A stretch of DNA of 64,000 nucleotides from Candidatus Latescibacterota bacterium (GTDB lineage: Bacteria > Latescibacterota > UBA2968 > UBA8231): contig OZ242214.1 in the NCBI GenBank assembly GCA_965206595.1, forward strand, positions 2,656,001-2,720,000, read 5' to 3'. Within the stretch, counting starts at the first letter, position 1, and each line of letters opens with the position of its first letter. Below the pieces are notes generated by a model. The model did not search any database and was not told where the DNA came from. It worked only from the letters and a program-made list of their open reading frames with translations. This document shows, one piece after another, positions 1-8,383 of this stretch. Made by a program: the position numbers and the translations under genes.

Positions 1-1
1 A

Positions 2-1393
2 TCCCGCATCCCCCTCGTGTTCGAGGAAGATATCTCCCCTAAATCTGGCTTCATGGCGATGAACCCGGGGGAAGGCTACGGCCTGCTGCGGGTCATGGAA
101 CTGGACGAGCGTCCCACCCCCCGAGACATCGTGATCTACGAGGCGCTGCCCAACAATCTGCCCCGCGTCGCCGGCATCATCACCACCGTGCCCCAAACGC
201 CGCTGTCGCACGTCAACCTGCGCGCCGTGCAGGACGGCGTGCCCAACGCTTTCATCCGCGGCGCCCTCGACAAGCCCTACATCGACAATCGCGTCGGCAG
301 CTACGTCCGGTACGAAGTGATCGAGAACGGATACGTAATCCACGCCGCCACCCCTGCGGAAGTCGATGCCCACTACGCCGCGTCCCGCGCCGTGCAGGAA
401 CAGACCCCGCAACGCGACCTCTTGGAGATGTCGATCACTCCCCTCAGTGAGATCGTCTTTGCGGACTGGAAGGCGTTCGGCGTCAAGGCGGCGAACGTGG
501 CCGTGCTCGGGACGCTGGGGTTTCCGGAGGGGACCGTGCCCAACGGGTTTGCGATCCCGTTCTATTTCTACGACGAGTTCATGAAGGCCAACGGGTTGTA
601 TGACGACATTGAAGAGATGCTGGCTGATGAGGATTTCCAAACGGACTTCGCCATCCAGGAGTCCGAGCTCAAGAAGCTGCGTAAGAAGATCAAGGATGCG
701 GACACTCCCCAGTGGATCACCGACGCGCTCACCACAATGCACGCCACGTACCCCGAAGGGCAGTCGCTCCGCTACCGGTCGAGCACCAACAACGAAGACC
801 TGCCCGGTTTCAACGGGGCGGGCCTGTACGACTCCAAGACCCAGCATCCCGACGAGACCGAGGAGGACGGCATCGCCAAATCGCTCAAACAGGTGTACGC
901 CAGCCTGTGGAATTTCCGCGCGTTCATCGAACGCGACTTCCATCGCATCGATCACCTGGCGGCCGCGATGGGGGTGCTGGTGCATCCCAACTATTCCGAC
1001 GAGTTGGCCAACGGCGTCGCCGTCTCCTTCGATCCCGTCTTGGGCAGACAAGGGAGCTACTACGTCAACACGCAGCTCGGCGAAGATCTGGTCACTAATC
1101 CCGACGCCCACTCGGTGCCGGAGGAAATCCTGTTGGACCGGTTCGGTTTTTTCACCATTCTTGGCACCTCCAACCAAGTGCCGCCGGGGCAACTCCTGAT
1201 GAGCGACACCCAAATGACACAGTTGCGTGGGCACCTCACCGTGATCCATGACCACTTCGCAGGGCTGTACAACCCCGCACCCGATGAACCTTTCGCCATG
1301 GAGATCGAGTTCAAGATCACCAGCGACAATATCCTGGCGATCAAGCAGGCCCGCCCCTGGGTGTTCAGCGGCAGCGGCTCCGGTGATCCATGA
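2..1393 (+). CDS. PEP/pyruvate-binding (PPDK_N ATP-grasp) dikinase-like protein with upstream phospho-His motif; 5' end outside window
   Basis: Motifs QTPLSHVNLRA (His swivel), FGVKAAN, VPNGFAIPF, RYRSSTNNEDLPGFNGAGLYDS, EIEFK and IKQARP. The frame is open to the window edge. Confidence 0.85.
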   Translation, partial: SRIPLVFEEDISPKSGFMAMNPGEGYGLLRVMELDERPTPRDIVIYEALPNNLPRVAGIITTVPQTPLSHVNLRAVQDGVPNAFIRGALDKPYIDNRVGSYVRYEVIENGYVIHAATPAEVDAHYAASRAVQEQTPQRDLLEMSITPLSEIVFADWKAFGVKAANVAVLGTLGFPEGTVPNGFAIPFYFYDEFMKANGLYDDIEEMLADEDFQTDFAIQESELKKLRKKIKDADTPQWITDALTTMHATYPEGQSLRYRSSTNNEDLPGFNGAGLYDSKTQHPDETEEDGIAKSLKQVYASLWNFRAFIERDFHRIDHLAAAMGVLVHPNYSDELANGVAVSFDPVLGRQGSYYVNTQLGEDLVTNPDAHSVPEEILLDRFGFFTILGTSNQVPPGQLLMSDTQMTQLRGHLTVIHDHFAGLYNPAPDEPFAMEIEFKITSDNILAIKQARPWVFSGSGSGDP

Positions 1394-1464
1394 GCAGTTC
1401 GCGGTGCTGTACGGCATCGGCCCTGGTTCTCTACAGCGAAGAGGTGGAAGTCGATGGAATGGTT

Positions 1465-1595
1465 CAATTCTCTCAAAAAAACCATCTGTGGCCGGAATTT
1501 CGGCGAATACGGGGTATGCGATTGGGGCATGGCAGGACATCCTCCTTCTTTTCTCAAGCAATGAATGAAGTTTCCACAAAATCGGGTTGATGTGG
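1465..1595 (-). mobile_element. IS3-family left-end remnant (IR-like sequence plus first codons of OrfA)
   Basis: Minus-strand AGGAGG RBS followed by MPQSHTPYSPKFRPQMV at 1530, resembling IS3 OrfA N-termini. Upstream is CCCGATTTTGTGGAAAC, an IR-like sequence. Confidence 0.55.
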
Positions 1596-1605
1596 ATTCC
1601 GGAAT

Positions 1606-1639
1606 TCGGACGGTCACGTTAGTCGGACAGTCACGTTAG
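1606..1639. repeat. 17-bp tandem duplication TCGGAC(G/A)GTCACGTTAG x2
   Basis: Seen directly; one mismatch; it overlaps the left end of the mini-IS3. Confidence 0.85.
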
Positions 1640-2076
1640 GTGGATCCAACCCTCTATGGAAGGAATGGAGACATGGGAAAACGACGTAGCTTCTCCGCCC
1701 AATTCAAGGCCAAAGTCGCCTTGGAGGCCCTGTCTATCTGCACGACTTCCAGGATGGACGGCAGGCGCGTCAGATGATCGCTGACTGGCTTTCGCTAATA
1801 CAACGAAGAACGACCTCACTCCAGCTTGGCCGGGGACTGGACGCGATGGAGGCATACACCCGGCGCCGGGCGGCATTAACTTCAGAAGGGACGGGCGTGT
1901 GACAATTTGCCAAGGGCTGGTGGGTTATCTTGCGCCAGCAAAAAAACGGGTATCCCGCAGAGTCGGAAAGGAGGTCCCAGGGGAAACCCGGGAACAAGAA
2001 GAACAGGGCAGCAATCAACTCAATGAGTCCACCATAACTCTGCTGTTCGGCTGTCCAAAGAATGGGGTTCACCTCA
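1636..2076 (+). mobile_element. Internally deleted IS3-family element (MITE-like)
   Basis: Imperfect IRs: TTAGGTGGATCCAACCCTCTATGGA and CTGTCCAAAGAATGGGGTTCACCTCA. OrfA start MGKRRSFSAQFKAKVALEAL (1673) is joined directly to a degenerate OrfB C-terminus (YLHDFQDGRQARQMIADW..YNEERPHSSL). Confidence 0.75.
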
Positions 2077-2253
2077 CCCGAAAGTGTTTCATTTCTTTCG
2101 CGGCTCCATACCGCGGACCTACGCCTCCCCCTGCCAGCGCATGCGCCTGCACCGTTACCTGCGCACGCGCATGACTCGGGGCTGTCGTGGTTCGCTACAC
2201 CTTTGACACAGATGACTTTCACATCTTACACCTCGCCGGTTTAGCCGGCGCAC
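2077..2253 (-). ncRNA. Group II intron 5' fragment (domain I remnant)
   Basis: The minus strand begins GTGCGCCGGCTAAACCGGCGAGGTGTAAGATG and contains GTAGCGAACCAC..GCCCCGAGTCATGCG..CAGGGG..GAGCCGCGAAA, typical of bacterial group II intron 5' regions. It is cut by the IS3 end. Confidence 0.75.
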
Positions 2254-2263
2254 GGAGAAGTCC

Positions 2264-3613
2264 ATGAGACTCGTTTCCTCTTTTCTGCTCACCTGCGCCT
2301 TGACCCTGGGCGGCTGCTCCGACCACGATCCGGTTTCCTCCAACCAGCCGGAAGCGGCGGGCAAGCGGATATCCAGCAGCCTGACCTTGAGCGCCCCTGT
2401 CGCCGGGCTGGCCGAGTCCAGGCCCTCCAAGCCCCGCTTCGAGCCCGGACCGCTCGGCGCCGTCGAAGTCGAAGAGGGAGAGGCGGTACAGATCCGCTCG
2501 TTGCTCGCGCACACCGTAGCGCCATCCCTTGGCGTGCCATCCCGGCAAAGCATCGAGTTGGCCGTGGCGGACTTCGGACCCGTTCACGGCCGCGAGGTCG
2601 AGCTCGGAGAGCCTGTAGACGCCATGTGCTCGCCGGAAGGGGGAAGCGCGGGCGCAGGGCAGATCGTCGCCGACCCGCAGGTGCTCGGCGTCATCGGCAC
2701 CTCCTGCTCGGCCGCGGCGGTAGCTGCCTCCCCGGTGATCGACGAAGCGGGGCTGGTGATGATCTCGCCGTCCAACACCTCCCCTTCGCTCACTTCCGAT
2801 CTGGCCGGCAACGCGAATCCCGACTACCACCCCGGGTATTTCCGCGTTTCCATCAACGATCTCTACCAGGCGCAGGCAGTCGCCGACTTCGCCTACACCG
2901 TGCTGGGCCTGCGGAGCATGGCGGCCATCGACGACGGCGACCCGTACACGTCCGCCCTCGTCGGCGCCTTCGGGGACGCCTTCGAGGCCATCGGCGGAGC
3001 GATCGCGGCCACCGCCCGGATCGAGAAAGGGGAAACGGGCATGACCTCCGTCCTCGCGGAATTCGCGGCAGCCGGGCCGGACGGCATCTTCTTTCCGCTA
3101 TTCGAGGTGGAGGGCACCGCCTTCGCCGAGCAGGCGCTGGCGTTCGAGGGACTGGAAGACGCCACCCTCATTTCGGGTGCCGCCCTCCTTGTGTCCGAGT
3201 TCCTCGGCATGCCGCAGTCGGAGGGCATCTATTTCGCGGGGCCGGAGTCGGATCTCGGCTCGAACGTCAACGCGGCGACCGGCAAGAGCGCCGGGGAAGT
3301 GCTGGACGCATTCGCCGCGGCTCACGGCGGGTCTCCGGGGACTCCCTACTGGGCGCACTCCTACGACGCTGCGACGCTGCTGCTCGGCGCCGTCGAGTCC
3401 GTTGCCGTGGCCGAGGGCGGGAAGCTGTACGTCGACCGCGCCGCGCTACGGGAGGAGATCGCGGCCACGAACGGCTTCCAGGGCCTCGTCGGCACCCTCT
3501 CCTGCGACGAGTTCGGAGACTGCGGCACCGGGCGCATCAACATCTACCACCACACGGACACCGAAATCACCGATCCCGCGCAGCTGCCGCTGGTCTACCG
3601 GTTCGCTCCCTGA
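2264..3613 (+). CDS. Branched-chain amino acid-type (LivK/PBP1) substrate-binding lipoprotein
   Basis: Lipobox LGGC; motifs GVIGTSCS, MISPSNT, GYFRV and AHSYDA; GGAG RBS. Confidence 0.85.
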   Translation: MRLVSSFLLTCALTLGGCSDHDPVSSNQPEAAGKRISSSLTLSAPVAGLAESRPSKPRFEPGPLGAVEVEEGEAVQIRSLLAHTVAPSLGVPSRQSIELAVADFGPVHGREVELGEPVDAMCSPEGGSAGAGQIVADPQVLGVIGTSCSAAAVAASPVIDEAGLVMISPSNTSPSLTSDLAGNANPDYHPGYFRVSINDLYQAQAVADFAYTVLGLRSMAAIDDGDPYTSALVGAFGDAFEAIGGAIAATARIEKGETGMTSVLAEFAAAGPDGIFFPLFEVEGTAFAEQALAFEGLEDATLISGAALLVSEFLGMPQSEGIYFAGPESDLGSNVNAATGKSAGEVLDAFAAAHGGSPGTPYWAHSYDAATLLLGAVESVAVAEGGKLYVDRAALREEIAATNGFQGLVGTLSCDEFGDCGTGRINIYHHTDTEITDPAQLPLVYRFAP

Positions 3614-4289
3614 GCCTTGTCTCCCGGCTGCTGGGGCAGTTCCGCCAGGGACGGAGCTGGGAGGATTCGTCGATGCCGAGGGGCATCGGCCGCAGGACTC
3701 CAAAAGGCCCGGGATGGTGCTTCGTGAGCTGGGCATCCTACCCGATAGGGACCCGGCTGAACGGCATGCGGGTCCGCGTTCTCCCTGATCCACCCGAAGG
3801 GGAGCTCGTTCAGCGAGCGCCGTGCTGATTCCGCCACTGCGCCTGTAGCGGATAAATGGACCTTGTCGAGAACCAAGGATCTACTCGACCGCTCACCCAA
3901 CAGGACATGCCCGTGGGTGGGAAGACAGCCTACCGCGTTCGAAAGACTAGGAAAAGAAGAGGGATCAGGCAGGCGCGTTCAGCTCGAGGAATTACGCATC
4001 AACGCAACGCATTCCTCCGGTGTTCCAGTTGTAGAAGATGCCTCTTCAGGCAGGAAATCCTATTCTACGCTCTGAACCACTAACAGCCCGTTGATAAAGT
4101 TGCGCTGCAGGCGAGACCGAGTCATTGCGGTCGAAGACAAGGCGCGCGACCGAAGTGTAAAGCGGCTCGGGTAATTCCCATACGGTTCGGAAGTGGTGGT
4201 CACATCCCTGTCCCCCGGGGAGTCATCTTTCAACCGGTGCGTTTCGACCCGCGCAGAAATTCCAGCCCTCCAAGAGAGATCGCCGGAAA

Positions 4290-5039
4290 TCAACAAAGCC
4301 GAGGATCGGAATCCGGGGCCACTTCATGAGCGATGGCGGCAGCGAAATCCTCGTTGCCCAGATCCTCCAGCCGCCATCTGACTTCCGGCATCCGGGGAAA
4401 CCGGAATATGGTCGTCGTCATGCCGCGGCGCATGGCCAAGGGGATCTCGAATTCGGACATGCCCGAAGAAAGGCCTGTGCCAAGCGCCTTGAGCAGTGCT
4501 TCCTTCATTGTCCAGAGATTGTAGAACAGGTGGAGCTTGTGGCTTCCACGCGCCAATGCGAGCTCGGCCTTTTCGCCCGGGCCGAGCACGGTCCTTATCA
4601 GTCCGTCGAGGTCGCCACGGGGGACCCGTTCCTCGACATCCACGCCCAGCCGCCCTTCCGGCGCCACCGCGATCAATCCATGTCCGCCCCCGTGACTTAC
4701 GTTGAAGCTTATGGTCGCCGGCGCCCCATCCAACAGGGCAAACGGCTTTCCATAACTGGATACAGCGAATGCAAGTTGTTCGTTTCGGCAGCCGAGTCGC
4801 TTGCAGAGAATTGCGCGGAGCGCCGCACGGCACAAGGCGAATCGACGACGGGGACCGGCATGCAGGTAGCGTTGCCAGCGCGACTGTTCCTTTTCGTCAA
4901 GGTACTCAAGGGCGTCCGCCTCACGGGAAGCATGTGGCGAAAGATCGACGTATGTGACGGCGGCGTTGCCGATCTTTCTGAAGGGACGCCACCAGCACTC
5001 GGCAACGGAAGCTGGTATTGTTTGTCGGGGGAGCTGCAC
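4290..5039 (-). CDS. Sfp-type 4'-phosphopantetheinyl transferase (SupC-like position)
   Basis: Motifs YGKP, FNVSHG, LGVDVE and LWTMKEALLKALGTG. Confidence 0.9.
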   Translation of the reverse strand: MQLPRQTIPASVAECWWRPFRKIGNAAVTYVDLSPHASREADALEYLDEKEQSRWQRYLHAGPRRRFALCRAALRAILCKRLGCRNEQLAFAVSSYGKPFALLDGAPATISFNVSHGGGHGLIAVAPEGRLGVDVEERVPRGDLDGLIRTVLGPGEKAELALARGSHKLHLFYNLWTMKEALLKALGTGLSSGMSEFEIPLAMRRGMTTTIFRFPRMPEVRWRLEDLGNEDFAAAIAHEVAPDSDPRLC

Positions 5040-5101
5040 CAGTCCTTCACAAAGCCGCAGATCTTCGCTGGAGCAGCGGACGCCCCGTATCCAGGGGGCG
5101 T

Positions 5102-5290
5102 TCAGCCAGCGTGAGTATCGAGGTGCTCGATGAATTCCCGTACGCTGTTTTCATCCGCACAATCTTCGGGAGTAAACGTATCGTTGGATTCCTGAGCGAC
5201 CAGTTTCGCGAACGCAACGAGTTTCACGGAGGATACGCCGGCATCGATTAGGCTGAAATCCATATCCTCCCGCAGCCCTACGGGAATAAC
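5102..5290 (-). pseudogene. Free-standing ACP-like remnant, N-terminus lost
   Basis: Not in the ORF track. The minus frame reads DMDFSLIDAGVSSVKLVAFAKLVAQESNDTFTPEDCADENSVREFIEHLDTHAG*, with the ACP helix pattern and a GVSS serine motif. Confidence 0.7.
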
Positions 5291-5384
5291 GCCAACGTGG
5301 GCTCAGGATGGACAGCACCATCCATTCCCCGCACCCGTCCCCCGACTTCCGGCCAGGCCGTTGCCACCAACGGACCCGGCACTG

Positions 5385-5552
5385 CGCTGGGAGGTCAGCT
5401 GCCTTTGGGAATCGGCACGCCATGCCCACAATCGCTATCGGCTGTGCGGACCGGTTCCCCTTCTGTTGCCCGACCCCGGTTTCAGGAACGGGTTCTCCGG
5501 AAGGATCGAAGGACCCGTCCAGTCTCAACATGCTACCGGTTTCAGAATTCAT
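5385..5552 (-). pseudogene. N-terminal stub of a type I PKS ketosynthase
   Basis: MNSETG...QPIAIVGMACRFPKAADL is the canonical start of a KS domain; similarity is lost immediately afterwards. Confidence 0.8.
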
Positions 5553-6037
5553 CTCGGCAACCCTTTCTTCAAAATCAAAACACCGGTCGTTGCCCGGCCC
5601 CTCCATTTCTCCGACTCCAAACAATACCACGTGTATATGAAACCCACCAAGCGATACCGCCACCTCGTTGCGTGAGGATTCCGTCACGCCCTTGCCGGGG
5701 ATGGCGAAATACACTTGCGCGAAGACAAACCGCGCTACAATCAACGGGCTGCAATCGATTTGGTTATCTTTTCCGTCTTCGTGCGCACCTTACCGGTTTC
5801 TTTGGGAAACAGGAACCGCACCCACAAGAGCGGACGACTGCGAATACCTGAAAGCCAGTTCTTCGCCGGCACGGAATGATGCCGTGACCTTTGGCGCCGG
5901 TCCGAACTTCCATCCTCTGATCGACTGATGCGACCCTTGCCGCCGCGCAACGGCTGCCCTCTCGCGGGCCCTTCCCGCAACACCCCCCTACCACCCCGTC
6001 CGGTGACTTCCGGACCATACAAACCTGGAGCGCCTCG

Positions 6038-7195
6038 ATGGCCAAGATCCTAGTCGTAGACGACGAGCCGGACCTGGAGCTGCTGCTGCGGCAGAGATTC
6101 CGGCGCCGGACCCGGTCCGGAGAGCTCAGTCTCGTTTTCGCCCAGAACGGCGTCGAGGCCCTGCAGCAACTCGAGGAACACGACGACATCGACCTGGTGC
6201 TGTCGGACATCAACATGCCGGAAATGGACGGGCTCACCCTCCTGCAGCAGCTCGGCAGTCTGGACTACGACCTGCGGGCGGTGATGGTCACCGCGTACGG
6301 GGACATGAAGAACATCCGCACCGCCATGAACCGGGGGGCCTTCGATTTCGTGACCAAGCCGATCGACTTCGACGACCTCGAAGCGACGATCGCCAAGACC
6401 CTCGAGCACCTCGGGGTAATGCGGGAGGCGCTGCGGTCGCGGGACGAGCTGGTGGCCCTGCGGCAGGAGCTCGGGGTGGCGGCGCAGATGCAGGAGTCCA
6501 TTCTCCCCACGGACTTCCCCGTGAACCCCCGCTACGAGATACACGCCTCGATGACCCCGGCTCGCGAGGTCGGCGGCGACTTCTACGACTTCTTCCAGAT
6601 CGAGGGCGAGCGCATGGGGATCGTGGTGGCGGACGTGTCGGGGAAGGGAGTGCCGGCCGCCCTCTTCATGATGGTGAGCCGGACCCTCATGAAGGGGACC
6701 GCCATCGGCGAGAGCAACCCGGCGAAGTGCCTCAACGAGGTCAACGAGCTGCTGACCGAGTCGAACAAGGAGTCGATGTTCGTCACCGTGTTCTACACTA
6801 CCCTCGACCCGGTCACGGGGCGCGTCGAGTTCGCCAACGCCGGGCACAACCTGCCGTACGTGGTCAAGCAGTCCGGCGAGGTGCGGCAGATATCCTGCGA
6901 CCCGGGGCTGGTCCTGGGGGTGCTGCCCTCCTTCGAGTTCCCGGAGGGTAACATCGAGCTGGACCCGGGGGACGTGCTGTTCTTCTACACCGACGGCGTC
7001 AACGAGGCGATGGACGAGAACGGCGTCGAGTTCGGCGACGAAAGGCTGACCCAAGTCCTGGCGCAGGCCGCGGGTGCCAGCGCCGCCGAGTTCAGCAGCC
7101 GGGTGGTGCAGGCGGTGCAGGATCACGCCGGCGAAGCCCCCCAGTCCGACGACATAACCTGCATGGCCGTGCGCTACATCGGGGATCCTGCGTAG
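6038..7195 (+). CDS. Response regulator receiver fused to SpoIIE/RsbU-type PP2C phosphatase
   Basis: REC motifs ILVVDDE, LSDINMPEMDG and FVTKP. PP2C motifs EVGGDFYD, ADVSGKG, ANAGH, YTDGVNEA and SDDIT. Confidence 0.93.
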   Translation: MAKILVVDDEPDLELLLRQRFRRRTRSGELSLVFAQNGVEALQQLEEHDDIDLVLSDINMPEMDGLTLLQQLGSLDYDLRAVMVTAYGDMKNIRTAMNRGAFDFVTKPIDFDDLEATIAKTLEHLGVMREALRSRDELVALRQELGVAAQMQESILPTDFPVNPRYEIHASMTPAREVGGDFYDFFQIEGERMGIVVADVSGKGVPAALFMMVSRTLMKGTAIGESNPAKCLNEVNELLTESNKESMFVTVFYTTLDPVTGRVEFANAGHNLPYVVKQSGEVRQISCDPGLVLGVLPSFEFPEGNIELDPGDVLFFYTDGVNEAMDENGVEFGDERLTQVLAQAAGASAAEFSSRVVQAVQDHAGEAPQSDDITCMAVRYIGDPA

Positions 7196-8383
7196 ATGGG
7201 TCGTTTCGCCCTCCTCGCCGCGGCAGCGGCGGGACTGGCGCCTGTCGCCGCGTACGCCCCCCCCCCGGCCGTCAGCGACGGGGTGTTCCCCGACTCGATC
7301 CTCTTCGGACAGTCCGCGGCCCTGAGCGGTCCGGCCAGAGAACTGGGCCGCAACATGAACCTCGGGATCCGCGCCGCCTTCGAGGAAGCCAACCGCTCCG
7401 GCGGCATCCACGGCCGCCAGCTCCGGCTCCTCGTGCGGGACGACGGGTACGAGCCCGAGGCCGCGGTCGCCAACACCAGGGAGCTGATCGCGCTCGGCGT
7501 CTTCGGCCTGATCGGCGCCGTGGGCACCCCCACCTCCAACGCCGCCGAACCGATTGCCAGCGGCGCCTCGGTCCCCTACGTCGGCCCCTTCACCGGCGCC
7601 GACCTGCTCAGGGGCCGGGACCAGCGCTTCGTCGTCAACGTCCGCGCCTCGTACTACCAGGAGACCGAGGAGATGGTGGAGCGGCTGACCGCGGACCTGG
7701 GATTCCGTCGCATCGCCATCCTCTACCAGGACGACAGCTACGGAACGGCCGGCCTCACCGGCGTGCGCCGGGCCCTCGACCGGCGCGGCATGAAACTGGT
7801 CGGCGAAGTCACCTACATGCGCAACACCGTCGCCGTGAAGCGGGCCCTTCTCGGCCTCCTGGACAGCGATCCGGAAGCGGTCATCATCATCGGCGCCTAC
7901 CGGCCGGCCGCCCACTTCATCAAGTGGGCCCGGAAGATCGGCATGGAAGCGGTCTTCGTGAACATATCCTTCGTCGGCAGCAACGCCCTGCTCGAGGAGC
8001 TGGGCCGGGCGGGCGACGGGGTGGTGGTCACCCAGGTCGTGCCGTTCCCCCGCGACACCGGCATTCCGGTAGTTGCCCGATATCACGCCGCCCTGAAAGC
8101 GGTCGACGAGGCGGGGCAACCGGGGTTCGTCTCCCTCGAGGGGTACCTGGCAGGGCGCCTCGCCGCCGATGCCCTGCGCGCTTCCACCGCCCCCGCCGGG
8201 GGCGGTGAGGCGGCCCGGCCGACCCGTGAGGCTTTCCTGCGAACCCTCGAGGAGTCCGGCCCCATCGACCTGGGCGGCTTCGAGGTCGAGTACGGTCCCG
8301 GGGACAACCAGGGGTCCGACCGGGTGTTCCTGACCACGATCCGCGGCGGCGGTTTCGTCCCGGTGACGCGGCTGTTGCGATGA
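7196..8383 (+). CDS. Periplasmic binding protein type 1 (orphan, probably sensory)
   Basis: Signal peptide; motifs FGQSAALSGP, DDGYEP, GAVGTPT, NVRASY and SLEGYLAG; no ABC permease nearby. Confidence 0.88.
   Translation: MGRFALLAAAAAGLAPVAAYAPPPAVSDGVFPDSILFGQSAALSGPARELGRNMNLGIRAAFEEANRSGGIHGRQLRLLVRDDGYEPEAAVANTRELIALGVFGLIGAVGTPTSNAAEPIASGASVPYVGPFTGADLLRGRDQRFVVNVRASYYQETEEMVERLTADLGFRRIAILYQDDSYGTAGLTGVRRALDRRGMKLVGEVTYMRNTVAVKRALLGLLDSDPEAVIIIGAYRPAAHFIKWARKIGMEAVFVNISFVGSNALLEELGRAGDGVVVTQVVPFPRDTGIPVVARYHAALKAVDEAGQPGFVSLEGYLAGRLAADALRASTAPAGGGEAARPTREAFLRTLEESGPIDLGGFEVEYGPGDNQGSDRVFLTTIRGGGFVPVTRLLR

Noticed and set aside
1606-1639. Tandem repeats as a CRISPR array (also 27553-27588)
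   Set aside because: Only two adjacent copies, no spacers and no cas genes.
3614-4080. Short ORFs and possible pseudogene debris after the lipoprotein gene
   Set aside because: No recognisable motif or consistent coding bias.
4082-4250. AACAGCCCGTTGATAAAGT...CAAGGCGCG...TTTCAAC segment resembling a MITE end
   Set aside because: No matching opposite inverted repeat or target duplication could be confirmed in the window.
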